Assembly (NCBI GenBank): GCA_951406725.2
Contig: OX597828.1
Span: 27,838,001 to 27,902,000 of the forward strand
Source of the DNA: Octopus vulgaris
Lineage: Eukaryota
DNA length: 64,000 nt
Direction: 5' to 3'
Shown: piece after piece, positions 39,078-52,479 of the stretch
How the letters are laid out: each line of letters starts with the position of its first letter
Numbering within the stretch: the stretch's first letter is position 1
Position numbers and translations under genes: made by a program
Notes under the pieces: generated by a model
What the model was told of the DNA's origin: nothing
What the model saw: the letters and a program-made list of their open reading frames with translations, nothing else
The model's database searches: none

Positions 39078-39342
39078 CACCTGTGCTGGTGGCATGTGTA
39101 AAAGGATTCGAGCGAGGCTGTTACCAGTACCACCTGACTGGCCCCCGTGCCGGTGGCACGTAAAAAGCACCCACTACACTCGCGGAGTGGTTGGCATTAG
39201 GAAGGGCATCCAGCTGTAGAAACTCTGCCAAATCAAGATTGGAGACTGGTGCAACCATCTGGTTCGCCAGCCCTCAGTCAAAATCGTCCAACCCATGCTA
39301 GCATGGAAAGCAAACGTTAAATGATGATGATGATGATGATGA
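39078..39342 (+). mobile_element. group C element, young; an inverted older copy follows at 39345-39510
   Basis: ggcacgtaaaaagcac..ttaggaagggcatccagctgtagaaac..(TGA)n, then ttctatagctggatgcccttcc. Confidence 0.88.
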
Positions 39343-39554
39343 TATGCTTGCATGGGTCAGCCAGAATTTGTTGAAGCAGAATTTCTATAGCTGGATGCCC
39401 TTCCTGTCACCAACCTTTAAATGTTTCCAGGCCAGATAATATTTCTCATGGCCAGACAGATATTTCTCATGGAAAACTGGATATGAACAACCTCACTTAT
39501 ATAATGGTGATATATATGTGAAGCGAGAGAGGGAGGAGATGGTATTGAATAGTG

Positions 39555-39945
39555 TTTCTTGGTCATCAGACTGTGGCCATGCTGGGGCACCACTTTGAAA
39601 GGTTTTTGTCAAACAAATTGAGCCCAGCACTTATTTTTCTTCAAATCTGGTATTTATTCTATCGGTCTCTTTTGCTGAGCCACTAAGTTACGGGGACATA
39701 ATCACATCAACGCTGGCTGTCAGTTGTTGATGGTGGAAAAACAAAGTCATGCACAAAGAGACACACACACATATATATATACACACAGCAAGCTTCTTTC
39801 AGTTTCCATCTGCTACATCATCCACTGACAAGGCTTTGCTTGGCCCAAGGTTTTTTTTGTAGAAGACACTTACTCATGGTGCCACTCAGTGGGACTGAAC
39901 CTAGACCCATGTAGTTGGAAAGTAAACTTCTTATCACACAGCCCC
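39555..39945 (-). mobile_element. SINE group A
   Basis: ggccatgctggggcacc..ctaagttacgggga..gtgggactgaacc..tcacacagcc. Confidence 0.85.
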
Positions 39946-40402
39946 TTCACACGTTTACGCAGCTACAATTAGTCCCAACATTGAAGAAATATCTTTTTTT
40001 TCTTCTCTATCCAGCTGAAGTAAAAAAAAAAATGCAAACCTTATTTCCATAACAATACTAAACAATACTAAATGGTCCACCTATACAGAAAAACCTATCA
40101 CTTTCATTGTTTTACTATATAGTCTTCTTCTTATAGCTGCTCCTTTTTGCCTCAGTTAATGGTATTCATTAATGTTACATATCCACTACAGCACTAGTAG
40201 CAGTGCCCCCCCACTCCATCCTTCCTCCATTACATGCTACACCATTAAACCACCCCCTTCAGGTTACTTGTCCAGGTCTCTCATTCAATCCCTTCCTCTT
40301 TTTATCTCCTGCTATCTCTCTCTCGGTTAAATCTCACAACAATTATACTGAAACTTTATGTATGTACTTACATACATATATATATATATATGTGTGTGTA
40401 TG

Positions 40403-40433
<31 letters not shown>

Positions 40434-40442
40434 ATATATATA

Positions 40443-40474
<32 letters not shown>

Positions 40475-40634
40475 TTATACATACATGCATACACACACAC
40501 TTGCATACATACATACACACAGTTCCTTCAATCTCTGTACCCTGCTTCCTTACTAATTCTCTCCTTCTTTCATGATTCCTTCTTTTTCACATTTCTTTCT
40601 CCCCATCTTTTCCTCTTTCCATCTCTTTCTTCCT

Positions 40635-40737
40635 CTTCTTCTTCTTCTTCTTCTTCTTCTTCTTCTTCTTCTTCTTCTTCTTCTTCTTCTTCTTCTTCTT
40701 CTTCTTCTTCTTCTTCTTCTTCTTCTTCTTCTTCTTC
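40635..40737. repeat. pure (CTT)n/(GAA)n tract, about 34 units
   Basis: Direct reading. Confidence 0.97.
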
Positions 40738-41582
40738 ACCACCGCCGCCACCACTGTCTCAACTACTGCCGGCTGCTTTCTCTCATTCTCTATAAAAATT
40801 ATTATATTTCTCCCCCGCCCCCTGCTTCTTCCCTTTTGTTGTCTAATGACTCCTGCCTCTCCACCCATGCCCCAGCCACCCTCTCCAACTCTCCGTCCCC
40901 CCTTCACACTACTTGGTTAATCCCATGCATGGCTGGTCAGTGCACTGCAGCATGTACAGATGGACATACATCTTATTGTTTCTTACTGTTGAACAATGGC
41001 GATCAGCAAAAATGAATTAATTCCAGAAATACAAAGAAATAGCTATGAAGAAGAAGGAGAGAGGGAGAGAGAGAGAGGAAATAAACGAAGGCAAGTAATA
41101 ATGTATACAGACACATAAACACAAACTCACACACAGTGAGAGAGAAAGAAGCAGAGGAAGAAAAAGAGAGACGGAAAGAAAGAAAGGGAGAGAGAGAGAG
41201 AGAAAGAAAGAAAAGAAGAGGTGGTTGCAAGTGTGTGAGGGTGGGGGAGGGAATAAACAAATAAACAAAATGAAAATAGAACACATTTTACTGCAGAGAA
41301 GAGAAACAGGAGAAAAATAAAACCCCAAAAACAATAGAAAATGATGGAAGATTACCAAAAATAAAATAAATTCATGTAACCAAGAAGCAACAATTAAAAA
41401 ACTAATGTAAATAAATATTGTATATCTTGTATGTGTGTGCGTACATACATCAGTAAAAATTACTATTATATATATATGTGTGTGTGTGTGTGTGCATATG
41501 TATGTATATATATTTGTATGTGTATATATAATATATATATATTTTATTTATATATATATGTAATATAATATAATATAATATA

Positions 41583-41626
<44 letters not shown>

Positions 41627-41691
41627 CATATGCATATATATATATACACATATGCATACATATATATATATATATACATATGCATATGCAT

Positions 41692-41726
<35 letters not shown>

Positions 41727-44094
41727 CAGAAGCATATCTGTGGAATAGTATAATTTATATTCATACATCTGTGTGTGTGTGTGTGTGTGTGTCAGTATAA
41801 TACAACTAACTGAAATCACTAACTAAAACTTAAGCAAACCAACTGTACCATAAAGACAAACATGTGATGAATTAAGTAAAGACGGCCATATTTTCTCAAC
41901 AATCCATCATAAATACTAAATAGATGCTGGCAGAAAAAACTGTTACATATCTATCTATGTATATATGTGTGTGTGTATGTGTGTGTGTGTGTGAGTGCAT
42001 GTGTGTGTGTGTGCATATACACCTATATATGTGTGCAGACAGCTATACATGAATGAGTGTCTACGTTTATATATTAGTATATTTCTGTACACATGTTTAT
42101 GTATGTATGTATGTGTTTTAAAGGTGGTGGGTGATGTTTCTTGGTTTGAATTGCTTTTATTTTATTTGTTTTGTCCCTTTTTTTTATGCTTTAACTCCCT
42201 AAAGAAATAGTTTATGGTGCAATCTTTAATTTGTTTCATTTATTTTTCTTTTTTCATCACTGATGTCTTGTTTATTTTTGGTTCCTTTAGAAAAAATAGC
42301 CAAGAGCTGATTTGGGAATATTTTATACCAACTGATTATATGTGAGGTTTGATATCAGTAACATTTCTTGGTACTATCATTGTCTGTGAGGTTATTATAT
42401 GATGCTAATATCAACAGCTGTGTACATACTTGTGGAGGCATTTGTTTGTGTGGTTATTAACATATAATTGTGTTAGAATGTGTATATTTATTTATTTATG
42501 TTGTTTTTGTTTATTATTTATAAAACCAGTATGCAGAGGCATAAGTTATGTTTGCTAATCTCAGCTTAGTCAGGTGTGACTGCCACAAAAGTTAAAGCAA
42601 CACTGATCTTGTCTTGAACTGTAGGAATCAATCTCTTTCTCTCTCTCTCTCTCTCTCTCCATCAGCAGTCACTATCTCCTCACTAATACAGATAAACAGA
42701 ACCTTATAAATAATAGAGGGATAAAGTTACCTTATCAAAATTGAAATTGAATGAAAATTACAAAGTAAAAAAAAATCAAGACTGTTGGCTGATTAGCATT
42801 GTAATGGGGTGGAGCCATGAATTTGTTGCCATGGAAACTGAAATTAGCTGTATGTTTTTTTTATTTGTTGTTGTTATTGGTTCTTTTTTTTTTTTTCATT
42901 CTGGAATTCAACTCTTCATTCATTTATATTTATAATTTTCTTCTTTTAGTCTTTTTACCCTCATCACCATCTTCTTTAAGTACCTCATCTGTTGCTTTTA
43001 GCAATCATAAGAAATATTAGTTTCTTTAGCTTACTTTAGTAAGTAAGCAAACACCATTTTAACACCTTTCTGACTGGCAACTGGCCAATTTATCTCTTGA
43101 AAAATCCTTCTACTCATTTCACTTTCACACATTTTTCAAAATTATACAGACCAAATTACAAATTTGCTATTATTTACTTATGATAATGTGTGTGTTTTGT
43201 TCCTTTTTATTATTTTCTTAACTATTTTTTTCTTTTACTTATTTTTCCTTTTTTTTTTGGAGTTAGTTTCTGGTTTTATTTTTCTCTCTCTCTTTTAATT
43301 TTTATTTATTTCTTTTCTTTGTAGTCTTGGCTCACTTTTATGATTTGTATAGAGATAAAAGATTTCTTTTTAAGCTCATCTTTGCCGGAACTAATTGAGA
43401 CATGGGGCTTTAAACATTATGGAATAGATTTAGACTCATTTATCTTTCTCTCTCTCACTCTCTTACCCTTTCTCTCTCTCTCAATGTTTTTACGGTTTTT
43501 AGAGCATGTTTTAAAAGAATATTTTCATTATTTTTCTCATACTTTTTTTTCTAGGCAAGTAGATTTATAAAAGCACTATGTAAGTAAGTAGACCAGAATT
43601 AACCTTGAGATGAAATTTAAAAATACAAACAGAAATAATTTACATTACTTAGCTACAAACAAAAAGCTTTTTTGTTTGTCTGTTAGTCTGTCTATCACTC
43701 TCTCACTTTTTTTTTTTCTTCTCTACCTCAAACTCTCTGTCTCGGTTTTTTTTTTTTTTTTTTTTTTACCTTTCAAATCTTTAGAAATGTTTTCTGTTTT
43801 CTATTTTTCTTTCTTTGATTTAGAGGTGGGTCGATTTGTGAATGGGTGGGGGAGAATTAATTACCGACCAGATAGATGTGGTTGTTAACTTTGGAGTAGA
43901 AGTCAAATAATTAAGTTTTACATTTTTTTTTTCCAGAGTTATTAGTCTGGTAGCCTTGTTGTTGTTGTTGTTGTTCTTGTTTGGCGCCCTCTCTTAGTAT
44001 GTCATAACATATATTTTAAAATTTGAATTATGTTCTAAATTACACCTAACACTCATGTTGCACTTATATAAATATTTCATGCATATTTCCTGTG

Positions 44095-44680
44095 TAGCAT
44101 GTTTGACAAGTGTCCTCTCCTTTGGTGCCAGGCTGACCAAAGCCTTTTGAGTGGATTTAGCAGACAGAAACTGTATAGTAGCCTGTTGTATATGTGTGTG
44201 CATGTTACTGCCTCCTTGCGTTCACATCTATGACTGTTGTTAATGAGTGTCACTGTTATATAAGTGGTGTCCTTCATCTCCAATATCCTATAAAAGCATG
44301 TCTGTTCATGCGGAAATGTTATCTTGCTTGCCTTACTTGGAAACAGAACAGTTGAAGGCTGGCAACAGGAAAGGCATCCAGCCATAAAAAATCCACCTCA
44401 ACAAATTCAAACTAAACCATGCAACCATGGAAAAGTGAACATTATAATGATGAAGATGGTGATTCTAGCTTAACATTTTATTTCATCTTATTTTCTCTAT
44501 GAAGAATAATTTCTAATTTAGGTACATGGCCAGCAACTTGAGGGAGGAGTTTACCAATTATATTCATCATCATCATCATCATCATCATCACATCATCATC
44601 ATCATTTAATGTCCATTTTTCATGCTGGCATGGGTTGGACGGTTCAACCGGGGTCTGGGAAGCCAGGAGGCTGCACCAGA
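44095..44680. mobile_element. A/C composite SINE (+, to about 44455) and an inverted group C tail (-, 44565-44680)
   Basis: gaccaaagcctt..ggaaaggcatccagcc..catggaaaagtg, then (CAT)n tttaatgtccatttttcatgctggcatggg. Confidence 0.75.
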
Positions 44681-46099
44681 ATTGACATATAAACTCGTCT
44701 GTAGTTGTTTTGGATGGGTTTACTCATCACACTTTGAAAAAGACAAATTGGGTGAAAAACAAGTTAACTTGTCTTTGCTTGGTCAGGGGTTAAATGAGCC
44801 ACTAAAATAAGAAATAACACACCTTGAATATCTGATGTTCAAAACAACCCATGTGGGCCTCATTGTACAAACTAAATAAAATTAGGTATTAATTTGAATA
44901 TATCATTGTCATAAAAATTAAATTTATTTTCTAGAAAACACTTGATCATATACATAGAAATCTCTTGTAGTCATTTGGTACAAGAGGTATAATCATTTCT
45001 TCATAATATTTGGCAGGATTGATATTTGTATTGAAATTTGGAAATAAGGAGAAAGATGCATTTCTTTCTTTCTTTCTTTCATTTTTTTCCATCTTTTTTT
45101 GCTTAATCATAATGAAGGTTTTAAAATTTATAGTCTTAGGTAAGGTATTGTACTATTTCCTTCTTTTTAGAAATTCTCAGCATGACCTAAGGTGTATAAA
45201 GGAAATATTTTATAAAGCAAGACATTCCATTATAATCATGTTATTTCTCAAATTTTGGTTTTACTAAAGGAGCACCTTTCATTTTTACTGCTTTCAATCA
45301 AGAAGGAAGAGAAGTGTCTATGATTCTTTACTCAGCTTCCAGTACTGGTGGAAGAAAAGAATGAAAGTATTCTCAAACCAGAAACCTAACTCAAAAGCTT
45401 GCAACAATAGAGATTTCTCTATGAGTACCCAAGGTGCTAAATGGTGTTGTTGAATCAAGGGATGAGTTAACTCTACCACCAAAATAAACTATGACTCATT
45501 ATACACAACAGAAGCAGTACTAGATTAAAATAGCCATCTGTGTATCATACTTGATGTAAATACATTGGGGAAAAGCAAATTAACTCTGGTATTCATTGAA
45601 AGACTGTATCTCTTATGGAAGTACTGTGTTTAAAAACATAAACTATTCTGGTATTTGATGAGATGAATAATTTACTCTACTGTGCACCTGTATGTGAATA
45701 TGCACTTGTATTATATAATGCTGAGTAAGTGCATTGGTGTAAACATGTACATATATGATTTTAGGTGTTGAAATTATTAATAGTACATGAAAAGGATTAT
45801 GGAACAACTGTAATCATATGGAAATAATAAATCTGTATTCGGCTCTCATACTGTAATTTTGTACTTATATGTATATGTATATGTATGTGTGTATATATGT
45901 AGATATGTTGCGTTTGTGAGTGCAGCCTTTTTTGTCTTGACATCATGTGATGGTTGTAAATGAGAGTCATTATATTTCCAGTCATTCATGTCTGACTGTG
46001 AGGGTTGGCAGCAGGAAGAGTATCCAGCTGTTGAAAATCTGCTGTTTGGCCCATGCAAGCATTATAGAATGAACATTAAAACAATGGTGATGATTACTT

Positions 46100-46620
46100 A
46101 CCAATAATCTCTGCAGGCAGCTGTCAGATCTGGCTCTCCACCAGTTACTATGACAAGTGTTTCAGTTGATTCAATCACCAGATAAGCTTGTTTGTAAAGT
46201 TAGCGTGCAGCTGGCTGAGTGCTTCTCAGACACATGCAACCTTAACATAGTTCTCAGTGTGTCGCATTTTGTGACAAGGCTGGCCCTTTTGAATTTTAGG
46301 TGCAAGTAATTTTTGCCAGCTGAGTGGACTGCAGCAATGAGAAATAAAGTCTCTTGCTCAAGAACACAATGCACCTCTATGAATCCAACTCATCATCATC
46401 ATCATCATTTAACGTCTGCTTTCCATGCTAGCATAGGTTGCACGATTTTGACTGAGGGCTGGCGAACCAGATGGCTGCACCAGGCTTCAATCTTGATCTG
46501 GCAGAGTTTCTACAGCTGGATGCCCTTCCTAATGCCAACCACTCTGAGAGTGTAGTGGGTGCTTTTTACGTGCCACCGGCATGGGGGCCAGTCAGGCAGT
46601 ACTGGCAATGACCTCACTCG
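46100..46620 (-). mobile_element. group D SINE remnant (46100-46390) abutting a group C element (46391-46620)
   Basis: ccagctgagtggact..cttgctcaagaacacaa; (CAT)n..tttctacagctggatgcccttcctaatgcc. Confidence 0.8.
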
Positions 46621-47419
46621 ACATTATGATAATGAGCTGAATGCCCTAGATACTAAACTCTGCACCTTCGCTACCAGTCGGGTATACAATAGGTAAAATG
46701 CTTACCTATTCATCTTAGAATCATTCACTTTTGCTTCTTACCTTTTGGGTAATCTTATTCTGGGATTTCATTGTGAGAGTAAATGAAAGAAAAATTACTT
46801 AAATAAATATGGAAGTCCCTAGGGTTGTTTTTTAAAGTTTGTAGTTGGTCATTTAAGCGTCTTCAAATGTTTGAAATGTTTTCAAGTTACAAGTTGTCAG
46901 TGTACATATATCGGTGCCATTGCATATATGCATATTACACATGCATGCATATATGCATTTATTTGTTTATATGCACCTACATCCTCCTCATCATCATCAT
47001 TTTCCAGTGTCTGTCTTCTATGTTGACAAGAGTTGGATAGACTGACAGAGGACTGCACCTTGCTCCAGTGCCTGCTTTAGAATGGTTTCTACAGCCAGGT
47101 ACCCTTCCTGTGCACTGGGTGCTTTTTTTTCTTAGCAGGCATCTGTGCTAGTGAGGTCAACATGTCAATCATGAGAGTAAGTTTCTCATCATATTCTGCA
47201 ATTTTCGAAACAATAAATATCCTCTCCTGTTTTGATAATGACTTTTTGGTGTTAGGAAGGGCATCCAGCTGTAGAAACCATGCTAAATTCGACTGGATCT
47301 TGGTGCAGCTCTCTAGCTCATCAGCCCAAGTCAAACTGTCTAATCCATGCCAGCATGGAGAGCAGATGTTAAACGATGATGATGATGATGATGTATATAT
47401 ATATATAAGCGTATGTATA

Positions 47420-48456
47420 CAAATACTTCACTTTTGTATTTGGTTTTCAAGATTCTTTATGTGAATTTGTGTGTTGAAACAAATTTTGTTGTGTCTGGGG
47501 AGGGTCATTACACCAATATTAATAACATACACACTGGTTCAATTCCACTTTTTTATTAGTAGTCAATTAGTCAACTAACTAATCTTTATTATTAACTAAC
47601 TTTATTATTAGTCATTCTAGTCTACTAACTAATTGATCATCTATTAACTTGTTGAATAAACAGTCAGTTGTTTGTTTTGTTTTGTTTTTGTTTTATTCAT
47701 CAAACCTTCTTTTCCATTTGCCACCTTTTCAATGATTTCTGTCTTAGAGTGTTATGAAGATCACATTTGTCTGAGACTTTCTTATGGTAGGTGTGTGTGT
47801 GTGTGTAATTATTTGTGTGTGTACGTGTGTAAATGCATACACATACTTACATAAGTACACACACATATATATACACAAAGCATACTCACACCATACATAC
47901 ACACACACATAAACACAGATGCACACACACAAATGCTCAGACACAAGCATGCACACACATGTAAGAAGTACACAGACACATACATACACACATACACAAA
48001 CACACAGGCATGAACACACATGGCTGGAGGAGTACACACATACACACACATGCACAGAATACATATGTACATACACACACACATAGAGAGGCATGCACAC
48101 ACAATCACAAGAAAACACAGTCATACGCACAATAACACACACATATGCATGCAGATAATCACACATACACACACACCTAAGATATTCAACAAGGTCTCAG
48201 GAAGATAAACACAGCCTCTGTATCAGACTAAGAGAAAAGTCATTGAAACTGTTGCAAATGGCAATGAAAGTGCTTTGACAAATAGAACAAAAAAAAACAA
48301 ACAGACAACCGACTGTTTAACCAACAAATTAAACAAACAATTGATTACTTAGTTAAATTGATATTTAACCAATTGTTTAATAATAAAAGAGTTGAATTAA
48401 ACCAGTGTGTGTGTTATTAATATTGGTGTAATGACTTGCCCTAGACACAGCAAAAT
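47420..48456. mobile_element. fold-back structure of two diverged inverted family-2 Penelope-like units around a (CA)-rich spacer
   Basis: 47483-47780 aligns with the reverse complement of 48192-48456; the left end atgtgaa..tgtgttgaaaca matches 14438-14460. Confidence 0.75.
48239..48279 (+). ncRNA. hammerhead-like motif with a U3/A8 core variant
   Basis: GTCA-TTGAAAC-T-GTTGC-aaatg-GCAAT-GAAA-G-tg-C-TT-TGAC. The partner arm (47699-47736, minus strand) has ATCA-TTGAAAA..TGAT. Confidence 0.55.
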
Positions 48457-48577
48457 GTATATATACACACATATATATAAATATATATATACATTAATAA
48501 TAAATATTAGGGAATAAATCCAAACTTACAGGGAAAAATCAGATTTAGGATTGAATCCAATTTTATAGTAAAATATT

Positions 48578-48788
48578 ATATTATAATAAATTAGAGACAA
48601 AACCATTATTATGCAAATCAAACAAAGAAAGACTTAATCCAATATATAAATTAATTTATATTATTTAAAAATTTAACAATTAATTTAATTTAATAATTGT
48701 TAAATTTCTAAATAATATAAATTAATTTATGTATTGGATTAAGTCTTTCTTTGTTTGATTTGCATAATAGTGGTGTTGTCTCTAATTT

Positions 48789-48798
<10 letters not shown>
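48578..48798. repeat. 105-bp-arm near-perfect palindrome within a dispersed AT-rich element
   Basis: Arms at 48578-48682 and 48694-48798. The upstream agggaataaatccaaacttacagggaaaa recurs inverted at about 60700-60745. Confidence 0.9.
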
Positions 48799-48825
<27 letters not shown>

Positions 48826-48826
<1 letters not shown>

Positions 48827-48888
48827 TTTATTTAAAGCAGCAGAAAATTCAACAGGTTTTGTTGAATTTTCTGCTGCTTTAAATAAAG
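48826..48888. repeat. perfect 29-bp hairpin at the end of a short insert in (TA)n
   Basis: ctttatttaaagcagcagaaaattcaaca-ggttt-tgttgaattttctgctgctttaaataaag. Confidence 0.95.
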
Positions 48889-48960
48889 CATATTACTCTA
48901 CTACTGGTATTATTTGAGTACTCTTTTTTCCACCTTGTTTCACATTTATGTGTTTACTCC

Positions 48961-49028
<68 letters not shown>

Positions 49029-49332
49029 CATACATATATATATATATTGAAAGATTTACAAAGTAGGCAATAATCTTAATGAAAATATATAAAAACAAAA
49101 TAGTTGTAAAATAAATACAAAAAAATATGTATCATTTAAATGCTAAAGAGACTTCTGAGTCATCTTCTATGCACATGCATCCACATCCACACACATATTT
49201 ATATGTGTGTGTGTATACCCAAGTTATTTGATAATTTTTCAAGTTCTTTCACCTGGATGTGAAACTAACAATAATTGCTCTTCTGATCTGAACTATGATA
49301 TATTTATGTAATTACCATACATACATGTATAT

Positions 49333-49386
<54 letters not shown>

Positions 49387-49623
49387 CATGTATGTATGGT
49401 AATTACATAAATACAATATATATATATATATATTTATATACACACAATATATATACAACATGTATATGCAATATATATACATATATATACGATAACAATG
49501 ACAACAATGAAATACAAATACACATACCACTTGCAAACTATATATATATATATACATACATGTGTGTTTGTGTAGGCATATATATTTATATCTATATGTA
49601 TGCACGCACACACACACACACAC

Positions 49624-49666
<43 letters not shown>

Positions 49667-50161
49667 CATAAAAATATGCATACATTCACACACACATGTA
49701 TATATTTCTCACTGCATACATAATAACTCAGACACGCTTAGTTGTTCTTCCCTAATGTAATGCCTCTTTTGTGTTTTCTCAAGGCACCTAAGGTTATTTA
49801 GATTAATTTGACTATACTTGAAAATTGTTTAAATTGAGGGAGAGATTCTTCAAGAATTTTCACAAGACATTGGCTTTGAATTGTAGAAAGGATTCTTGGG
49901 GAAGGCAAAAGTAATAACAAGATTGTTTGCACAAAATACCTTACCGTTTCTGTTGTTTTGTTTGGTTTTTTGCTTTTTTGCTGTTGCTGTTGTTTTTGTG
50001 GGGGTTTTTTCTGTTGTTTTTAGTATAAACAACCTTTTATTAATATCAGTCAAGTTTTCACACATATGATTGCCGACATGACAGTTTAGTGGATTTAAGA
50101 AAATATGAAAAAAAAAAACAGAAAAAAATTCAAAGGAAGTGTACAAAACAAAACAAAACGA

Positions 50162-50195
<34 letters not shown>

Positions 50196-50898
50196 ATATG
50201 TATATATATATATATATGTATGCAAGCGTGCACAAAATAAAAAGGAAAAAAAGTCAGAACGCAAGCAAGCAACAGAGTAGTAAGGAAACCCATAGACTTA
50301 AGTGGAAGCTTTAATTCATAATAGCTGATAACTGTTTAAGTAGGATTGCTTGAAATTTCTCTTATCAGTTCTTTTTTAAAATTGAAGAGATTCTATCGGT
50401 GTTCACCATGTATTAAAAGAAAAAAGAAGAAAAAAAACGATTAAAAATGTGAAAATAAATAAACACAGAAATAGTTCTATGAAATAACAACAACAACAAC
50501 ACTTGACCCATCCCCCCTTCTTCTCCCCCTCCTCCATCCTCTTTCCCTCCCCTCCCCTGCCATTCCCCTCTGAGCACTATTTATATGTGATTTTTAAAAT
50601 AGCCATGTTATTTCATCATGAATATGAAAATTGCATTTCAACCATTAAAATGTACTGCAAAGGTTTGATGGGAATCGCTGTTCAAAGATGGGGCTGTAGA
50701 CATAATTTTATGGAAGGGGTTGAAGTTTTGTCAGAACAGATATGAAAAATGATGTGGAGGTTGGTGAAGAAGAGAGAGAAAACGAGCGAGAGAGAGAGTG
50801 AGAGAGAGAGATTTTCTGGTTGGAGCTGAAGATATGCAAGGGAGTGAGTAATGGTGACTAGAGAGATGGTGTTGTTGCTGTTGTTATTATTGGTGGTG

Positions 50899-50929
<31 letters not shown>

Positions 50930-52017
50930 TGGTTGGTGGCTTGGCATAGTTGAGATGTTGGTAAATTTAAAGTTGATTGTTGAAGCTATAGCTATGATGC
51001 TGCTGCACTGGCCATGGTGGTGGTGTTGGTGTTGGTGGTGATGGTGGTGGTGGTGGTGGTGGGAGTGAATTTTCTTGTTGGAAGTGTAGATATGATGTGT
51101 TGTATATGAACGAGGGCGGGTGGAGTTTTAATTGAAAAACTGATTGATTTTGATCTGTTGTATGGTGAGTAAACCTCATTTCATGCTGGACTTGGCGTTC
51201 CGTTAATCTTCACTACTCCTGCTGCACACTGTGTACAACTTAAAATGTCTATGCTGAATAAACATTTATTTTATGCTATGCCTATGCTGTGTGTAGAATA
51301 TAACCTCTAAAACCGGTGAGGGTTGAAAGGTTGTGAAGGAAAACAACAACCAACCAGCTCACATATATGCACACAGACACACACACAGAAAGAAAAAAAA
51401 ACAACCACACACACTCACACACATCCAAAAGTATACACACACACACACAAATATTATATATAAATATATAATTAAAAAATACCACCCTGAAAACGGAGAA
51501 AAATGAAATGAGGGAGAAATGATCTAAATAGACCAAAACTGGCTAATAGGGTTACTAATGAAATTGTGCATTCTACAAAAATTCAAAGAATGATTCTGGA
51601 AAATAGCCAAATAAATTTATTTACATTCTCTTGTAATCGGAAGTGCCAGTTATGATAAGCATGTTTTTTTTTTTATTTCTTTTTCCTTTTTCCAAAATTT
51701 GTTCATTTTTGTTTTTTGGGTGCTTTTTAAGTTTTTTTTTGTTTTTTTTTGCCCATGTTATTTTTTCAACTCTCTCCAAAGTTTGCTCCAGTGATGACCC
51801 TACAGTTAACAATAACGTCATTTTAGTTACATTTCAGTGCAACAGCAACGAAAGATATTTCATTCTAGCCATCAGTTTTCTCTTCTTTTTTTTTCCCTTT
51901 CTTTTGCAAGAATTTGATATTTGTAAATTTATTTTGTACTTCTTCTTTATCTATCTTCCTCACATTCCCTCTCATTTTTAAAAAAATAGATTTTATACTT
52001 CATATATATACATATAT

Positions 52018-52076
<59 letters not shown>

Positions 52077-52078
52077 AA

Positions 52079-52105
52079 AAAGTCTGAAAACTGAAAAATA
52101 AAAAT

Positions 52106-52151
<46 letters not shown>

Positions 52152-52178
52152 ATTTTTATTTTTCAGTTTTCAGACTTT
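52079..52178. repeat. 31-bp perfect inverted repeat around a (CA)/(TA)n spacer
   Basis: aaagtctgaaaactgaaaaataaaaatcaca / tgtgatttttatttttcagttttcagacttt. Confidence 0.95.
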
Positions 52179-52479
52179 CTAAATCTGTTTTAGAGTGAAA
52201 TGAATGATCTTAATTTCTGTTTCTTATTTGGAATATAAATAAGTGAATAAATAAATAAATAAAATATATGAATAAATAAAGTGTAACAATATGGCGGCTG
52301 GCATTTTTGTGATGAGATTATAGATTGTTATCATCTTCAGTAGCTTCTCTCTTCTTTGCCAATCTACTTGACTTTTGGATTTAGAAAATAGAACTTAACT
52401 TAAGCTATATTGTAAATACTGGCACATTAACGTTGCTATTGTTACAATTGTCATTGTTGCTTCTGCTATTGATGTCAAT

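Noticed and set aside
39553-39572. CTGATGA..GAAAC on the minus strand
   Set aside because: No stem II, and it is a mutated SINE A tail.
42557-42615. taatctcagct, resembling the 5' end of miR-216
   Set aside because: Only about 11 nt match, and the downstream arm does not pair with the seed region.
43325-43580. Strong-looking acceptor (tttgtag) with an open frame and a downstream gtaagt
   Set aside because: The frame runs into a CT repeat and the product is unrecognisable; such signals are common in T-rich DNA.
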